Source: Tubulanus polymorphus (Eukaryota; Animalia; Nemertea). From it: 64,000 nt of DNA. Positions 59,975 through 64,000 of this stretch are shown here, one piece after another. The stretch lies in the NCBI RefSeq assembly GCF_964204645.1, contig NC_134030.1, forward strand, positions 16,802,110-16,866,109. The letters are read 5' to 3'. A program made the translations under genes and the position numbers. Each line of letters starts with the position of its first letter. The first letter of the stretch is position 1. A model generated the notes under the pieces. It was not told the origin of the DNA. It searched no databases and was given only the letters and a program-made list of their open reading frames with translations.

Positions 59975-62900
59975 GACAAGTTACACACCGTGCAGCCAGC
60001 TGAGTCCTATGAATACAAATATAAAAGACAGATTATCATATTATACCGAAATAATACCGAAAGTTCTTGATTTTATGAAAATGTATTAACCCTTTGTACA
60101 GCGCATAGATTATTATTTTAATTATGCGCTATATAAGAAATAAATTATTATATTGTTATAGATACCAGCCTTTTCTGTAAAATGACACATATGAATGATT
60201 ATAACTAATCTATCACAGAAATACTTCACAGACTTGTGGGCCCGTTTCCATGTCGCATTGTCCAGCTCCAGACACGTTACACTGATCTGAGCCCTAAAAG
60301 ACCGAGCCCGTGTAACGCTGTACGGCATCCCTGGAACGTGAGGTGCGAATCCCACTGCCCGTAAACAACTCATGCAACTCTCACCAGTGCATCGTCATTG
60401 TCCCTCGGGCGCGAAAAACCACTGCTCGCCATACTCTGTACATATACAAAACTCGAGAGAGAAGAATGTATTACTAAAGATATATTCATTAAAGTGTCGA
60501 AACGATAGCCGGAAAGGAATTTAATACAAACCGATGAATCAACTACGAATCCCGGCAGAGACCAATCGTACATCGACGATCCTAATTCTATGGATTACAT
60601 CCCGCAACCAACCGATTGTGGTCAATAACGATAATCATCCACTTCCCTCAATCTCTGTATCCGATAACTGTTAAATTATATATACCACCCGATGTGTGTT
60701 TAGAACCGACCAAATCAACCGATTTTCCAACCAATTAATCAAGCAGACTTGCTCTTCTTCTATTGTGGGCGCCGCTATACAGGTTCTCAAAGTCCTTATT
60801 TCTGTCGTTATAACGTTCAAATTAGCGTTGGCACTGTATGTTTTTACAGGGAACGTAATGTATGGAATAGGGTTTTAATAGAGAAAAAATAGTCCCGCAA
60901 AGTTGTAGGAAAGAATAGGCTTGCGGACAGACATGGAGAAAACCATTCTTAAAATGGACTCGATTTTTGTCAGTGTCGACGTTTAATTGAACGGTTTTTA
61001 TTAGATTCAGCTCTGCTGAATCTACTAGTATAAAACGGAGTGCTGAATTGTTTTTGACCGCTATCTCCTCCGAGTGTGAAATGATTCACGGCTAAGGTCA
61101 GCATTTAGTTGGCTGTTATAACTGGCGATGGTCGTTCACTGATAGACCTACGGGGTTCGTCCTCTCCAGCTCCTCATCAATTAAGTTGGGATCAACAATG
61201 TCAGCTTGCATTTCTATTTCTGCCTGGTCCTCTTCTGAACTACCAAACTCCCTAACGCTCAAATCGTACCAACTGATATCCAACATAGGATCTGGGCTGA
61301 GTATAATTGTATCTGATGAACTAATCTCCTCACCTGACCTGGGTGTATCAGATCTTTCTTTTCTTGTAGCGGAAGTTTCCATCGTCGATGACCTAGCAGT
61401 CTCATCGGGTACTGTGATCACAGCTCGGTTATCCAACGCCTCAGCTCCATCCCAGTTGCAGGAACCATTTTTGGTGTATCATTACACTGTTTTTGGGGGT
61501 AGACAACTCGAAGCATTAACTCCTCCTCCCGTTCATCTTCTTCGGGTTCCTCAGAGATCGTTGTTTCTCTCAGGACAACTGCTGCCTTCGGACATGTCAA
61601 TTCTTCAGCCGGTTTGCTTCCATAAGAAGTTGGTACCCTCGGAAGGAAGGCCAGAGCATACCCAGGTGTAGCGTTTCGTAGGTAGAATACATTAAGAATC
61701 TGGCTTGTCTCGACATCCGCATAGTACCTGAAAATTCTCACCGGTCGAGCGTGTGCACTTGCTCGTACCAGAGTCGATCATAGTGGTAGCGTGGTCCTCT
61801 TTAACCTCAGAGTGTGTACTGATGTAATAGATGTATATAGAATAGCGCCGCTACAAAGGGTCCGCCTGCGTCGCATAAACAACGGGAAAGATGTTTATGA
61901 GGGGGTCTACGACCACCACAGGAAGTTATGTTTGTGTGTAGAATAATCAATGACTCTCAGGATTAACTCGACCTAACACATGAGTAAGCAATTCCCGCAA
62001 TCCCGGGTGTAGATTGCTGATAGATCCAGGACTGGGCCGATTCGAAAACTATCGTCCGGGAACTAAGGATTGGGCCCAACCCTATGTTAGAACCAACAGA
62101 TTGCGATGCGCACCCTTCTGTCCACCCAATAACATACGACCTCGTAGTTATACATGAACCCAAATCGACCGTACCACACACCACGTCACCCACTCCCGAC
62201 GTGGAATTTCCTCGCTTGAGCCTAAATTGCATAGCGGAATAAACAGAAACAGCCCGTCACCCGAACGGGATTGCACTACGTTCCGCTGGACTCCGAGAGC
62301 AAACCTCTACGCAGACGTCGCTTCTCAAATATAATCATTCTGATATAGAATTTTTCAATATTGGCTTCGTTATTGTGGTATTTCTCTCGGCATCCATTAG
62401 ATGATGTCATTATTAGCAAATTTAGATTGCAAGCTGCGCATTCGGTCCAGTGTGGCAGGTTTTAATACCGTGGCACTGTCGATGCACTGCTGTAGACCAG
62501 AGCCTGGGCCTGAAAAAGCATAGAGAATTATTCCATTGGAAAATTATCGAGGCCATATTCCTCGACCTCGCTTTCTGTCGAATCGGGGAACTGTTTTAGG
62601 CATACTTTTATGCAATAAAATTAATCGACGAGCTTACTTCAGACACCTCCAAATATTATCGAAACTTCCCCACTGGGCATTTAAGGTGTTTTTTGACGTG
62701 TTTGTCCCGAGTTTTTACCCCGTGTTCGACACGTCGAAAATGCAACAGCAGAACACGTGTAGAAACTGGTGCCCGTTACGTATCACAACACCGAACTAGG
62801 TCGAGCATTTCTTGTTTCCTGACACTTGATTCTTACAAGATCTCGAAAATAAACCGTTCCTCTCCGATGACCAGCGCGTTTTTTTTCTCGGAATTTTGCC

Positions 62901-64000
62901 ACCAGACGAGTTCCTCGTTTCCAATCCATTTTGACAACCTTAACTACTAATTTATGTAAACGTATAAAATTTATTGAACATGCACTAATATATAGAGACA
63001 TTATACATATAGACTTTCATATAAAAACTAAAAACAATTTTCTTTACCTGAGACATAATAACTTTTAAGACATTATTCTTTCTCTGGTAAATAAACAAAA
63101 CATTGTTCGATGACATTTGACCGTTATATAACAAGGATTAACAAGTTTCAGTTGTTTCCGAATCCATGACTAATGTCTAAATGTATTTATTTCCGATTGA
63201 CATCGATATTTCGCTTAATGTTATGAACAAACACCTGAATTTGGTCTTAATAGGAAGAGTGAAACTCATCGTTTTTGTTGCAGTGCAGTCATCGTGAAGA
63301 ACTGCCAAAAAGTCGTCATTTGCTCATGTTGAAATGAGAAAAGATCAGCCTTTTTTCGAAATTCTAACCATAGTTTCCTGTGTTTCCATGCCTACGAATC
63401 ATGATTTTTTGATGCTTTGAAAATACCTTCAGATGGTAGGTATGGAAAGTATTGAAAAAATTGATTTAGTTTATGAAATGGAGTCTCTTTTCTTTGATTC
63501 AAACGAGTTAAGTAAGAATTTTTGGCATTCCTTCAAAACAGTGTACAATGGATATAAAAACGATGATTTATCTGGATTGCACAGTTTCACTGGTCATATC
63601 AAGATCAGTTGAGGTATATGTTCAAAAGATTAAGAGAAATATCCCAAAAAGATTGATGTCAATCAAAATTAAATAGACATTATTTAGTGGTAAGTCTTAT
63701 TTTTATGGGTCTTTTCTTAATACATTAAAAATACCTCATCCTCGCAGTCATTATCTACCACGCAGTACTGAAACCCTTGATGTCAACCCTTCTTTGGAAA
63801 ATTTATTTGAAAGCAGTGGAATAATGTACAATAATAAATGCATAAATTCTTAACACACACATTCTTCTGTATAAAAAACTGCCATGACATAGAAGGGAAA
63901 TCTTTCTCCTCCAACCTTATTAATTGATTCCTGCACATGTACCTTGTCGCTAATTATTACATAACTAAAATGTTTCTGAAATCCTGAAGTACACATCTTG

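Overview
This is AT-rich, repeat-saturated eukaryotic DNA, probably from an invertebrate (spliced TE genes, a rhodopsin-class peptide GPCR). The only apparently intact host gene is an intronless GPCR (51311-52591). Most of the rest is nested, decayed transposable elements: Tc1/mariner, DIRS, two ISL2EU, two EnSpm/CACTA, a Chapaev/Transib-like and a CxxH-type DDE transposase, plus Helentron-like and Tourist-like non-autonomous elements and satellites. The standout is a family of three extremely AT-rich, intronless, virus-like cassettes with no transposase, integrase, RT or polymerase. Copy A (17296-23235) is a near-perfect 5.9-kb palindrome, an inverted dimer of a ~3-kb unit. Copy B (54206-58451) is a diverged monomer with a long hairpin at each end, and its left hairpin equals the centre of A. 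Copy C (~48340-50221) has the same terminal hairpin and subterminal repeat but carries a giant-virus-type His-Me (HNH/endonuclease VII-like) gene instead. All share the terminus ...CCCTATTACT-3'. Hairpin arms covary between copies, and the small ORFs diverge mostly at synonymous sites. Together this suggests an endogenised hairpin-ended linear DNA replicon or satellite; that reading is inference and untested. Protein family calls come from motif recognition only, with no database searches.
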